A stretch of 64,000 nt of DNA from Candidatus Aenigmatarchaeota archaeon (GTDB lineage: Archaea > Aenigmatarchaeota > Aenigmatarchaeia > CG10238-14). A program made the translations under genes and the position numbers. This document shows positions 19,742 through 29,641 of the stretch, piece after piece. Location: assembly GCA_018304545.1 (NCBI GenBank), contig JAGVVZ010000002.1:16999-80998 (forward strand). The letters run 5' to 3'. Each line of letters opens with the position of its first letter. The stretch's first letter is position 1. Under the pieces are notes generated by a model. That model was not told the origin of the DNA. It searched no databases and worked only from the letters and a program-made list of their open reading frames with translations.

Positions 19742-20407
19742 TTATTCTAGTTTAGAGTATATAAGATCCCTTAACATGTCTTTATTTACAAATCCCTGAA
19801 GTGTTTGATTACCAACAACCAATGACGGGGTTTCTGTTATTAAATAAGTACTTTTTAATGTTTTGACAATTGGTTCATCGACACCGATATCCAATACAAA
19901 AACTCTTAATTTAGAATCGAAAACAGTGGATTTTAATTCATCTAGAATATTTCCTTGTTCCAAACATCTTTCACATGGAACAGAATAAAAATAAAGAACT
20001 ACAACCACGCTTTCATCACATTTTTCTTTAGTTACAGAATTTAATATCCATGCTCTTGTGGAGACTAAAGAATATTCTCTTTTTAATTCTTGATAATTAT
20101 AAGAGTTTTCGTTTTTTGGATTACTCTCCAATTTCACTAATTCGTCTCTTATTAACCACATATCCTTAGAAGTGTCATCCAATAGAGCAGATAAAAATTT
20201 GCAGTTAAATTTATCATTAGAAGTGCTTAGATAAATATATTCCAGTTGAAGATTTTCAACTCTTCTTTGGAGAGAAGCAACCTTTTTCTCTGTATATTTT
20301 AGAGTTGAATTCTGTACAACAAAACCTGTAAAAATGCCAGCTAAATATAAAACTAATGACAATACTGCTGCAAAAATATAAGCTTTTTTAATGTGTTTTT
20401 TATTCAT
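19742..20407 (-). CDS. Membrane-anchored thioredoxin-fold protein (CERC active site) with coiled-coil linker
   Basis: 221 aa: N-terminal TM helix, coiled-coil segment, C-terminal ..VLYFYSVPCERCLEQ.. thioredoxin-like domain. Confidence 0.5.
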   Translation of the reverse strand: MNKKHIKKAYIFAAVLSLVLYLAGIFTGFVVQNSTLKYTEKKVASLQRRVENLQLEYIYLSTSNDKFNCKFLSALLDDTSKDMWLIRDELVKLESNPKNENSYNYQELKREYSLVSTRAWILNSVTKEKCDESVVVVLYFYSVPCERCLEQGNILDELKSTVFDSKLRVFVLDIGVDEPIVKTLKSTYLITETPSLVVGNQTLQGFVNKDMLRDLIYSKLE

Positions 20408-20474
20408 TTCAGCACGTTTTAATATTAGTATACTAACTTTAATTAAATTATAGACATTAATTTATAGTGATAAA

Positions 20475-21818
20475 ATGAGCCAATTAACACCATTTATTTA
20501 CAAAGTTATATCAATAGGACAAACAATGCAAGTTTTCATTTCAAATACCATTCAAACAAAACAAATTATGCTGTTCGTCCATGAAACAACTTTATCTATG
20601 TATAATATATTTATCTTTCCTGTGCTTTTTTTTTCACTATTTTTCTTATTTCTTTGTATAAAAACAATATTAACTCACTCCAAAAAAACAAGTATTATAG
20701 ATAAAATAAATATAAATGAATGGCCAAATGTAACTATACAAATACCTACTTTTAATGAAATCGTGGCTTTAAGGTGTGCCAAACAATGTCTAGAATTCGA
20801 TTATCCTAGAAACAAATTTGAAGTGATAATTGGGGATGATAGCAATGACCCGGCAGTTTCAAAAAAAATAGATAATTTTATCGAGAAACATAAAAATTTT
20901 ATCAAAGTAACCAGAAGAGGCTCTAATAGCGGATTTAAAGCCGGCAACTTAAATCATATGCTGAAATACTCCAAAGGTGATATAATAGTAATATTTGATT
21001 CGGATTTTATACCAAACAAATATTTTTTAAAAAGTATAGTAAAACCATTCCTGACAAACAAAAATATTGGTTGTGTACAATCTAAATGGAGTTTTGTTAA
21101 CGATAGCCAAAACTTAATAACAATTTTTGCTTCGTCCATAATTCTTGTTTACCAAAAACTAATAGCGCCTATTAATAATAAACTCAAAGTGCCTCTTCTT
21201 TTTGGATCTGGCCAAGCTATAAGAAAAGATCTTATTAAAAAATTAGGTGGGTGGCAAGAGGGGAGTTTAACCGAGGATGTAGAATTCGCAGTAAGAATTT
21301 TAAAAAATGGATATGAAATAGTCTATTTGGATGAATTAAAAGTAAGGGGAGAAGTCCCATATACACTAAAAGATCTGAGCAAACAACAAAAAAAATGGGC
21401 TTACGGAAATGTCAATGCGTTTCTCTGTCATTGGAAATCTATTATTTTTGGAAATTTTACTATTTCACAAAAAATAATGTTAATGTTTACGTTATTGGGA
21501 TATGCTTCTTCTATATTTTTAGCAATTTTTATTATATTGGGTGTTGTATCATTTTCCACAGGTGAACCAGCCCCGATTAATATAGGAAAATTTTTAATTG
21601 AAACAGTGAAATCTATATCAGTAAGTTCCGGATTTTTGATATCGGCTATTCTTGTTCTTCAAAGAGAAAAAAAGACTCATATGATATCAAAGGTGCTGTT
21701 ATCTGCGTTTACCATTGGGTTTATTATTACTTTAAACGTTTCCATCGGTATATTCAATGCTATTAGCGGTAAGAGAATGAATTGGGATTTAATACAAAAA
21801 AGAGGAAATAAAAACTAA
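20475..21818 (+). CDS. Processive family-2 glycosyltransferase (synthase-like, multi-TM); true start probably at an internal Met
   Basis: ..IQIPTFNE.. , ..IGDDSND.. , ..DSDF.. and a Q-x-x-K-W (QQKKWAYG) motif, followed by C-terminal TM helices. Confidence 0.7.
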   Translation: MSQLTPFIYKVISIGQTMQVFISNTIQTKQIMLFVHETTLSMYNIFIFPVLFFSLFFLFLCIKTILTHSKKTSIIDKININEWPNVTIQIPTFNEIVALRCAKQCLEFDYPRNKFEVIIGDDSNDPAVSKKIDNFIEKHKNFIKVTRRGSNSGFKAGNLNHMLKYSKGDIIVIFDSDFIPNKYFLKSIVKPFLTNKNIGCVQSKWSFVNDSQNLITIFASSIILVYQKLIAPINNKLKVPLLFGSGQAIRKDLIKKLGGWQEGSLTEDVEFAVRILKNGYEIVYLDELKVRGEVPYTLKDLSKQQKKWAYGNVNAFLCHWKSIIFGNFTISQKIMLMFTLLGYASSIFLAIFIILGVVSFSTGEPAPINIGKFLIETVKSISVSSGFLISAILVLQREKKTHMISKVLLSAFTIGFIITLNVSIGIFNAISGKRMNWDLIQKRGNKN

Positions 21819-21896
21819 GTTGCGTTAATTGCCATGGTTCAGATTTATCATTGAAATAAAGGAATAAATGGTGATATTATAATCTACAGTGTAATT

Positions 21897-23156
21897 TTGA
21901 TTATATTATTCGCCTCATTAACTGTCCTATATGTCTCATGGATATTTATCCTTTTGACGAAAAAGGAAAAAAATATATCAAAATTTTTCTTTCCTGATTT
22001 ATCAGTTATATTGCCCGCGCACAACGAAGAGGATGCCATAAAAGAGACAGTAAAAAGCATATTGGATAGCGAATATCCGAGTAATATAGAAATAGTAGTA
22101 ATTAATGACGGTTCTAGTGATAACACAGCTAAGATTGTCAAAAATTTACAAAAGGAAAACAATATAATAAAATTATACACAACAAATCATATCGGTAAAT
22201 CCAGAGCGTTAAATTTTGGTGTTACAAAGGCGTCGTTTAATTATTTTCTATTTTTAGATGCCGATTCTTCAATAGAAAAAGACACTTTAAAAGAAATAGT
22301 AAAACCTTTAAGCGAAGGCGACATCGGAGCGTCATCTGGTATTGTCAGAGCCAAAATAAAATTAAACCCGTTAACATGGTTTCAGGATTTTGAATATATT
22401 TTATCGTCTGGTTGGAGATATCTCTGTTTTCTTATAGGCTCGGTATCTGTATTACCAGGTTTTTTAGTAATAAAAAAGGATGTTTTTAAAAAAATAGGTG
22501 GATTCAGCCAAGATACTTTAACTGAAGATTTCGATATAACACTAAGCTTAAAGAAGGCAGGATATAATGCTGCTGTTACAACAAAAGCAGTAATGTATAC
22601 GAGCACACCTGCCAGCATAAAAACGTTGTTTAAACAAAGAATTAGGTGGGGACGGGGGAACTTTCAGGTTATAAAAAAGCATTCAGATATGTTATTTTCA
22701 AAAAAATTCGGTCCTATTGGTTATTTTACAATTCCTACACAATTATATTGGTATTTGTTTTCTATACTCTATCTACCTTCTGTTCTTTATTGGTTTTTTA
22801 GTGATTATTACAGATATTTTTTTGTTCAGGGGGTTTTTATATCAAAAGACGTTATTCTTTATCTATTCAAATGGATCAGCTCATACGGTATGCTCGATCT
22901 TATATTTAAAGTGTTTACAGGAGTATACAGCATAAATCCACTAATTTTAGCGACAATAATCAATTATATAGTGACGATATTCTATAACATATTAATATTT
23001 TTTAATGTCGGTAAAATAAAATTCGTAAATTTTATTGCGTATCTCTTCATTTTTCCTTATTATTTATTCATAATATTTATACAGTTTACAGCAACTATTT
23101 ACGAAATATATAACTCAATTGTTCGCAAGAAAACAACAAATGTATGGTCAAAATAA
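21897..23156 (+). CDS. Processive family-2 glycosyltransferase (NodC/PgaC/cellulose-synthase-like) with C-terminal multi-TM domain
   Basis: ..LSVILPAHNEE.. , ..VVINDGSSDNT.. , ..LDADSS.. , TED and canonical QRIRWGRG (QxxRW) motifs; 5-6 C-terminal TM helices. Confidence 0.75.
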   Translation: MIILFASLTVLYVSWIFILLTKKEKNISKFFFPDLSVILPAHNEEDAIKETVKSILDSEYPSNIEIVVINDGSSDNTAKIVKNLQKENNIIKLYTTNHIGKSRALNFGVTKASFNYFLFLDADSSIEKDTLKEIVKPLSEGDIGASSGIVRAKIKLNPLTWFQDFEYILSSGWRYLCFLIGSVSVLPGFLVIKKDVFKKIGGFSQDTLTEDFDITLSLKKAGYNAAVTTKAVMYTSTPASIKTLFKQRIRWGRGNFQVIKKHSDMLFSKKFGPIGYFTIPTQLYWYLFSILYLPSVLYWFFSDYYRYFFVQGVFISKDVILYLFKWISSYGMLDLIFKVFTGVYSINPLILATIINYIVTIFYNILIFFNVGKIKFVNFIAYLFIFPYYLFIIFIQFTATIYEIYNSIVRKKTTNVWSK

Positions 23157-23193
23157 TCATACTACTACATTTATGATAGATAAAGGCAAGAAA

Positions 23194-24474
23194 TTACTTA
23201 GTAGCTTTAACTACATCCAAAACAATTCCTGCCGCAACTGTTTGTCCCATATCTCTAATAGCAAATCTTGCTAATTGTGGTATGTCGGACTGCTTCTCTA
23301 CGACTATTGGTTTAGTTGGAACCACTCTAATTCTTGCAGCATCTCCTGTTTTAATAAAATCGGGGTGTTCTTGTACAACAGCACCTGTTTTAGGATCAAT
23401 CTTTGCAATTATCTCTTCTACTTTACAGGCTACTGAAGCTGTACCGCAATGAAATACTGGCGTATAACCAACAGTAACAACAGTTGGGTGATTCAAAACA
23501 ATAATTTGAGCTGTAAATTCTTTAGCAACTGTTGGGGGGTTAGAAGTATGACCTGCTACGTCTCCTCTTTTTACATCACCTTTACCTATACCTCTTACAT
23601 TGAAACCAATATTATCACCTGGTCTCGCCTCGGGTTGTTGTTTATGGAACATTTCAATTGTTTTAACTTCACCTAAAGCCCCACTAGGCATAAATACTAA
23701 TTTATCACCAACTTTCAAAATTCCTGTATCTACTCTACCTACAGGAACTGTACCCACACCTGTGATTGTATAGGCATCCTGAATGGGTATTCTTAAGGGT
23801 TTATCTGTTGGTTGTTCTGGTGGAGAAATGGACCCGTCCATAGCGTCCACTAATGTTGGACCTTTGTACCATGGCATGTTAGAAGATTTGTTAAAAACGT
23901 TGTCTCCAGCAAATGCTGATACCGGAACAAAATGCATATTATCAACTTTATAACCGACTGACTGCAGTAATTTCTTTATATCGGCGATTAAAGAATTAAA
24001 TTTGCCTTCATCATATTTAGCTGCGTCCATTTTATTAACAGCGACAATTAATTGACTTATACCCAAAACTTTCAATAAGAACGTGTGTTCTTTAGTTTGA
24101 TCTTGAATACCTTCACCATCTTTAGCAGAAACAACTAAAATAGCAGCATCAGCTTGACTAGCACCAGTAATCATATTTTTAACAAAATCTCTGTGCCCTG
24201 GAGCATCGATAACGGTATAGTAATATTTCTTAGATTGAAATGGCGTATGCATAATGTCAATAGTAACTCCTCTTTCTCTTTCTTCTTTTAATTTATCCAT
24301 CAAGAAAGCGAATTCAAAAGTTTCTTTTTTTAGTTCCTTGGCTAACTCTCTCATTTTCCTCATTTGATCTTCTCTGACAGCGCCAGAATCAAATAATAGT
24401 CTTCCGATTAACGTAGATTTTCCTGCATCTACATGACCTGCTGTCATTATGTTAATTTTTGGTGATTCAGCCAT
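23194..24474 (-). CDS. tuf: Translation elongation factor 1-alpha
   Basis: [21 protein letters not shown] motifs; 426 aa. Confidence 0.95.
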   Translation of the reverse strand: MAESPKINIMTAGHVDAGKSTLIGRLLFDSGAVREDQMRKMRELAKELKKETFEFAFLMDKLKEERERGVTIDIMHTPFQSKKYYYTVIDAPGHRDFVKNMITGASQADAAILVVSAKDGEGIQDQTKEHTFLLKVLGISQLIVAVNKMDAAKYDEGKFNSLIADIKKLLQSVGYKVDNMHFVPVSAFAGDNVFNKSSNMPWYKGPTLVDAMDGSISPPEQPTDKPLRIPIQDAYTITGVGTVPVGRVDTGILKVGDKLVFMPSGALGEVKTIEMFHKQQPEARPGDNIGFNVRGIGKGDVKRGDVAGHTSNPPTVAKEFTAQIIVLNHPTVVTVGYTPVFHCGTASVACKVEEIIAKIDPKTGAVVQEHPDFIKTGDAARIRVVPTKPIVVEKQSDIPQLARFAIRDMGQTVAAGIVLDVVKATK

Positions 24475-24516
24475 TTCTATACCTCCAATATGATTATAAT
24501 CTTAATGATTTAAATA

Positions 24517-26715
24517 TTATTCAGGTTTAGGTATCTGTTCACTTAAACCTTTCCTTTTTCTGATTTTGATTACCGTCTGATCTTGTAGTTCTTTCGGTAA
24601 TCTTTCAAATATGACGTCTATTAAACTATAAAAACCTTTTCCTCCAGTAGCAGATTTCAAAGATGAGTTAAAACCAAACATTTCAGAAACGGGTAATTTA
24701 CATTTGATCATAGTCACTCCTCTTTCTTCTTCCATCTCTAAAATTTGGCCTCTTCTATTTTGTATTTCTTTAATCGAACCGCCCATTTCTTCTGTAGGAG
24801 AGTCTATTCTGATAATTTGTTTGGGCTCTAATAACGATGGTGTTGCTTGCAGCATTCCGTTCCAAATACCGCTTCTAACTGCTGGCAAGACTTGCCCTGG
24901 GCCTCTATGAACTGGATCTTCGTGCAATTCTGCATTAACTAAAGTTATTTTTGCCCCTATACATGGTTCTTTACATAAGGGTCCTTCATCCATAACGCTT
25001 CTGAAACCTTCTTTGAGCATCTCTTCTATCTCATTCAAATATTGAATACCTTTTGTGGCTTCCATTATCATGTTTTTATTATATATTTGCCATATTTTTT
25101 TTACTTCCTGAGATCCCATGCCTAAATCAATGAGTTTTTTCATAATTTCTGTTTGTTTCTTTTTAAAATCAACGCCACTAGGTATCTCGCCTTTTGACAT
25201 CGCTTCCATTATTTTTTCATTTAGTGGCTCAATAATCATATAAAATTTATTATGTTTATTTGGTGATTTGGCCTCTATTTCTGGTGATTTTCCACCGATT
25301 GTCTCTCTATACACAACTATTGGAGGTGATGTTTCAATTTCTAGTCCTTGTTCCTTCAATTTTCTTTCAACTTTGGCATCCAAATGTAATTCACCTAGTC
25401 CAGAAACCAGGTATTCGCCTGTCTCTTCGTTTATTTTAACTTTTATGGTAGTATCTTCTCTCTCTAATTTCTTCAAAATGGTAATGAGTTTGTTAAGATC
25501 TTGTGGTTTTTTAGGTTCTATGGCTTTAGTAACGACCGGTTCAAAAATATGAGTTATTTGCTCGAACGGTTCGATCATAAAGTCCGGGTTGCATAATGTT
25601 TCTCCTGAAAATGCTTCTCCTATACCAACTATTCCGACAATGTTACCAGCAACAACTTCATCTACTTGAACTCTATGTGGTCCTTTATACACGTTAACCT
25701 GCTGAATTCTTTGTATCTTATGCTGACCTATTAAGTAAACTTCATCGCCCTTTGACATTTTACCAGAAAATATTCTAGCTGTAGCAACGTAACCTGCATG
25801 CGGATCAGGCATCAGCTTAGTAACAACGGCCGCTAATTTACCGTTAGGGTTGACCATAAGCATGTCTTTAGCTATGTCGCTTTCCATATCTCCATGCCAT
25901 ATCTTAGCTACTCTATACTTTTGAGCTTTGATAGGCGAAGGTAAATGGGTAATAATCATATCTAAAACAACTTTATGTAAGGGTGATCTTTTTGCTAATT
26001 CATCTTGCCTTTCTTGATTAGTCAGATCAATAATTTCTTTAAATGTTATGCCTATTTTCTTCATATAAGGAATTGAAATGCCCCATTTTCTTAATGCTGA
26101 ACCAAAAGCAACAGATCCGTTTTCAACATTAACTAACCACTTATCTTTGTATTCATCCTCGGAATATTTTTGTATCAAATAGTTAACTTCGCTTATTATT
26201 TTCAAAAATCTTTGTTGCATTTGTTCTGGGGTGAGTTTTAGTTCTTTGATCAACCTATCAACTTTGTTTATAAACAAAACTGGTTTTACTCTTTCTCTCA
26301 GTGCTTGTCTTAATACAGTTTCTGTTTGGGGCATTATTGTTTCAACTGCATCTACTAATACTATTGCGCCATCTACAGCTCTCATTGCTCTAGTGACATC
26401 ACCACCAAAATCTACATGACCCGGTGTATCTATCAAATTAACCAAATAATCTTTATCATTGAATGTATGTATCATGCTAGCATTAGCTGACCAAATAGTA
26501 ATACCTCTCTCTTGTTCTTGCGGATCAAAATCCATGAACAGTTGCTTACCAGCTAATTCATCAGAAATCATACCTGCTCCAGAGAGTAAGTTATCAGAGA
26601 ATGTGGTTTTACCATGATCTATGTGAGCCACAGTTCCTATATTTCTTATTTGATCAGGATCGTGCATCAATTCCTGAACTCTGATTGTCAAATCCTTCTC
26701 TGCCATTTGTTTCAC
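24517..26715 (-). CDS. fusA: Translation elongation factor 2
   Basis: AHIDHGKTT, DTPGHVDF, NKVDR motifs; 732 aa with a diphthamide-region His. Confidence 0.95.
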   Translation of the reverse strand: MKQMAEKDLTIRVQELMHDPDQIRNIGTVAHIDHGKTTFSDNLLSGAGMISDELAGKQLFMDFDPQEQERGITIWSANASMIHTFNDKDYLVNLIDTPGHVDFGGDVTRAMRAVDGAIVLVDAVETIMPQTETVLRQALRERVKPVLFINKVDRLIKELKLTPEQMQQRFLKIISEVNYLIQKYSEDEYKDKWLVNVENGSVAFGSALRKWGISIPYMKKIGITFKEIIDLTNQERQDELAKRSPLHKVVLDMIITHLPSPIKAQKYRVAKIWHGDMESDIAKDMLMVNPNGKLAAVVTKLMPDPHAGYVATARIFSGKMSKGDEVYLIGQHKIQRIQQVNVYKGPHRVQVDEVVAGNIVGIVGIGEAFSGETLCNPDFMIEPFEQITHIFEPVVTKAIEPKKPQDLNKLITILKKLEREDTTIKVKINEETGEYLVSGLGELHLDAKVERKLKEQGLEIETSPPIVVYRETIGGKSPEIEAKSPNKHNKFYMIIEPLNEKIMEAMSKGEIPSGVDFKKKQTEIMKKLIDLGMGSQEVKKIWQIYNKNMIMEATKGIQYLNEIEEMLKEGFRSVMDEGPLCKEPCIGAKITLVNAELHEDPVHRGPGQVLPAVRSGIWNGMLQATPSLLEPKQIIRIDSPTEEMGGSIKEIQNRRGQILEMEEERGVTMIKCKLPVSEMFGFNSSLKSATGGKGFYSLIDVIFERLPKELQDQTVIKIRKRKGLSEQIPKPE

Positions 26716-26784
26716 CCAAAAATTAACAGTTTGTAATTATGTTAGCAAGCAATTTAAAAGTTGTGTTTTTCTAAAATAATAAGC

Positions 26785-27381
26785 TTATCTAGCACCATCA
26801 GCCTCTCTTTCAATTCTTTCCTTTTCCTTTATAGCTTCAGATTTTGCAGCATCATTTTTATAAGCAGCGTGTATTTCTTCAACCAATTCATTAACAACTG
26901 ATTTCTTGCCAAAGGCTTTTCTATAAGCTGATTGCGTCATTATTGCCAAGGCTTGATCAATTCTCCTCTGTGGTGATGTCACAACGGCTTTCCTAACCAT
27001 AACTCCACCCATTTGATAAGATGTAACCTCCTCTCTCAAAGCTGCATTTTCAATAGCACCAATGAAAACTTTTAATGGATTATCATTCGTTCTTTTTGAC
27101 AATTTTTCGAAGACTTCTTCTATTATGTTAAATATAGTTTGTGTTTTCCCTGCATTTCTCCCAGATGTTAATAAATGTTTTTTGCCTTTGTGGCCACAAA
27201 CCATTAATTTGTTAACAAATCTTTCTACAATATTCATGTTAGACTTATGAAATTGTTGTCTGAACTTTCCTCCAGATTTAGGAACTAAAACGGGATTCAA
27301 GTTAATATATGGTTTTAAACCTAGATCTCTCACTTCTATGCCATCGAAATCCCATTTATTAAAAAGTTTGATATTCGACAC
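26785..27381 (-). CDS. rps7: 30S ribosomal protein S7
   Basis: 198 aa with typical S7 signature and position between S12 and EF-2. Confidence 0.9.
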   Translation of the reverse strand: MSNIKLFNKWDFDGIEVRDLGLKPYINLNPVLVPKSGGKFRQQFHKSNMNIVERFVNKLMVCGHKGKKHLLTSGRNAGKTQTIFNIIEEVFEKLSKRTNDNPLKVFIGAIENAALREEVTSYQMGGVMVRKAVVTSPQRRIDQALAIMTQSAYRKAFGKKSVVNELVEEIHAAYKNDAAKSEAIKEKERIEREADGAR

Positions 27382-27385
27382 GATA

Positions 27386-27814
27386 TTACCTCATTGGTTT
27401 CTGTTTTTTTCCTTTTAAAATTTCAGAAAGTGATATCCCATTTACAGCAACAACTTTATATTTTAATCCCCATTGGCTACCTACAGGACCTCCTTGTGAT
27501 CCACCTATCCCTTCCAGCAATACCTCGTCATGTTCATTAATATGATCTATAGCATGATTACCAGGAACAAAGGCTGTAACTTGAATATTGTTTTTTATCA
27601 ATTGAACTCTTACAGCTTTAATAAGACCTGAAGAAGGTTGTTTTTGTTCAACTGTTCTTTTAGCTATAACTATACCTTTACCTTGAGGAGCTACGCCTAA
27701 AGGCTCTCTCTTTTTCATTTGTAATTTTCTTCTCATATAATGAACGTCTTTCCATCTAAATCTTTGCCTAGATTTACTCAATTTTCTAGCTGAAAACTCC
27801 CCTCTTGCCATCAT
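27386..27814 (-). CDS. rps12: 30S ribosomal protein S12
   Basis: 142 aa, ..KLSKSRQRFRWKD..PQGKGIVIAKRTVEQKQPSSGLIKAVRVQL.. S12 signature. Confidence 0.9.
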   Translation of the reverse strand: MMARGEFSARKLSKSRQRFRWKDVHYMRRKLQMKKREPLGVAPQGKGIVIAKRTVEQKQPSSGLIKAVRVQLIKNNIQVTAFVPGNHAIDHINEHDEVLLEGIGGSQGGPVGSQWGLKYKVVAVNGISLSEILKGKKQKPMR

Positions 27815-28227
27815 TTCACCTTTAAATCTGATATGTTATGCACTCTCTTTAATATCTCCTTATATATTTTAATCTTTTCCCCCCCTCTTCCTATGACATA
27901 ACCTCTATCTTGTTTATTAACTTTAATCTCGATCATATCTTTTCCGTCTTCTTCTAATAATTTTACTTCTTTGACATTGGGTATTAAATTTTTAACAAAA
28001 TCTGGTACATTTGACGAATATTCAAAAACTTTTACTTTTTTTCCTAGAACCTTTTCAACTTGTTTTATCGAATTTCCTCCTTTCCCTATAGCTAAACCTA
28101 TTTTTCCTTCTTCAACAATATAATAAACTGTATCATGATTTTCAAAACAATCTTTTACAGAAACATTAGTTAAATTTTCAAATAATGTTAATAATCTGAT
28201 TGTTTCGGTCGTAAATGTTATCGTCAC
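27811..28227 (-). CDS. nusA: Archaeal NusA-like KH-domain transcription termination factor
   Basis: Two KH domains (..IGKGGNSIKQVEKVLGKKVKV.., ..IGRGGEKIKIYKEIL..); conserved position between L30e and S12. Confidence 0.8.
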   Translation of the reverse strand: MTITFTTETIRLLTLFENLTNVSVKDCFENHDTVYYIVEEGKIGLAIGKGGNSIKQVEKVLGKKVKVFEYSSNVPDFVKNLIPNVKEVKLLEEDGKDMIEIKVNKQDRGYVIGRGGEKIKIYKEILKRVHNISDLKVK

Positions 28228-28499
28228 TTTTGACTACCCTCTATTGCTAATATGCTGACATTGAAAGGTTTACCACAAATAACACCCAAATCAACGTTGC
28301 TCCCTAGAAAGTTTTTAACTTCAATTTTAGCTAATTTAGCATTGTGTTCCACTATATTTCTTCGTTCTTTTGGAATATTATTAGCCATGACTATCATAGA
28401 TGGATGTTCGGTTTTGATCGATTTTATCACTTTCTCATAACCTAAAACAACTTCTTTCTTTTTAATCTTGTCCTGTATTATTTTTGCTAAATCCATCAT
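28224..28499 (-). CDS. rpl30e: 50S ribosomal protein L30e
   Basis: 91 aa, L7Ae/L30e-fold; canonical position after rpoA''. Confidence 0.8.
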   Translation of the reverse strand: MMDLAKIIQDKIKKKEVVLGYEKVIKSIKTEHPSMIVMANNIPKERRNIVEHNAKLAKIEVKNFLGSNVDLGVICGKPFNVSILAIEGSQK

Positions 28500-29641
28500 T
28501 CTTCACCAATTTTAGCTACTAATTCAAACATTCCTGTACCTACTGGTATTTGTTTATTTATCATAACATTATCAAATATACCTTCAAATGTGTCGATTTC
28601 TCCTCTAACTGATGCCTTTACTAAATGTTTTACGGTTTCTTCAAAACCCGCACGAGTTAAAACTGACGTGTGAGTTCCAGCAATTCCATATCTACCAACA
28701 GCTCTAATTTCACCTGTTAATGTCATTATATCAGCAACAAGCATAATGTGTCTTTGATCTATATCAAGACCTTGTTGTTCTAGTGTATCTCTAATTTCTC
28801 TCATCAAAGCTGTTCTTGCGGCCTCAATGCCAAGAAATTTAGCTATTTCATGAATATTATTCGTATAACATTTTCTGATATCAAATTCTTCCATTAGCAA
28901 TATTTTTTCAAAATTCGAGCCTAATGTTTTTATTATCCAATCTTTCCCTTCTTTTACAAGAACCGAATTTTTAATACCCTGTAAACCTGAAACATGAAGT
29001 GCCAAGATTTTCTTTTTCAATTTCTCTAATTCTTTTATTGTTATTTCTCCTTCTTTTGGTTCTATATCTATTCTTTCTCCATTTAATTTTATTGTGTAAT
29101 TTTTGAATGTTTTTTCCAATTTTTCCATCGTTTCTTTTTTTTCTGATTGTTTTATCTTCTTCAACTCAATTTTTATTTTTTTATTTGTCAAATCAACAGA
29201 AATCGTATTGGAAAAATTTCTCATTTTCTTTTCTCTTAATTGCTTTGCGATTTCTTCACCGTCTTCCTTTGTATTAAATTTAGATTTTAGATACAAAGTC
29301 ATCATGGGTGTAGTTGGTTCCTTTCTAGCATCAAAAATTTCAATTAATCTCGGTAAACCCAAAGTAATCTGTAAACCTGCAGATCCAGCAAAGTGATATG
29401 TTCTCATTGTCATTTGAGTCGCTGGTTCAGAAATAGACTGAGCGGAAATTATACCTAAAGCTTCGCCCGGCTCAAAACTGCTTTTCATATATTCTTTTTT
29501 AACAGAATTAATTAATTTTTCTTTTTGTTGTTCGTTAAGTTTTCTATCTTTACTAACCTTGTCTATCTCTTCCCATATCAACTGAGGCAAATCAACATTA
29601 TCTAAATAACTCATTTGCAATTCTTTCGACATTGATTCCAC
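28496..29641 (-). CDS. rpoA2: DNA-directed RNA polymerase subunit A''
   Basis: 381 aa, C-terminal portion of the largest subunit (..FEPGEALGIISAQSISEPATQMTMRTYHFAG..). Start overlaps the end of the upstream ORF; the true start may be one of the downstream ATGs. Confidence 0.9.
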   Translation of the reverse strand: MESMSKELQMSYLDNVDLPQLIWEEIDKVSKDRKLNEQQKEKLINSVKKEYMKSSFEPGEALGIISAQSISEPATQMTMRTYHFAGSAGLQITLGLPRLIEIFDARKEPTTPMMTLYLKSKFNTKEDGEEIAKQLREKKMRNFSNTISVDLTNKKIKIELKKIKQSEKKETMEKLEKTFKNYTIKLNGERIDIEPKEGEITIKELEKLKKKILALHVSGLQGIKNSVLVKEGKDWIIKTLGSNFEKILLMEEFDIRKCYTNNIHEIAKFLGIEAARTALMREIRDTLEQQGLDIDQRHIMLVADIMTLTGEIRAVGRYGIAGTHTSVLTRAGFEETVKHLVKASVRGEIDTFEGIFDNVMINKQIPVGTGMFELVAKIGEE

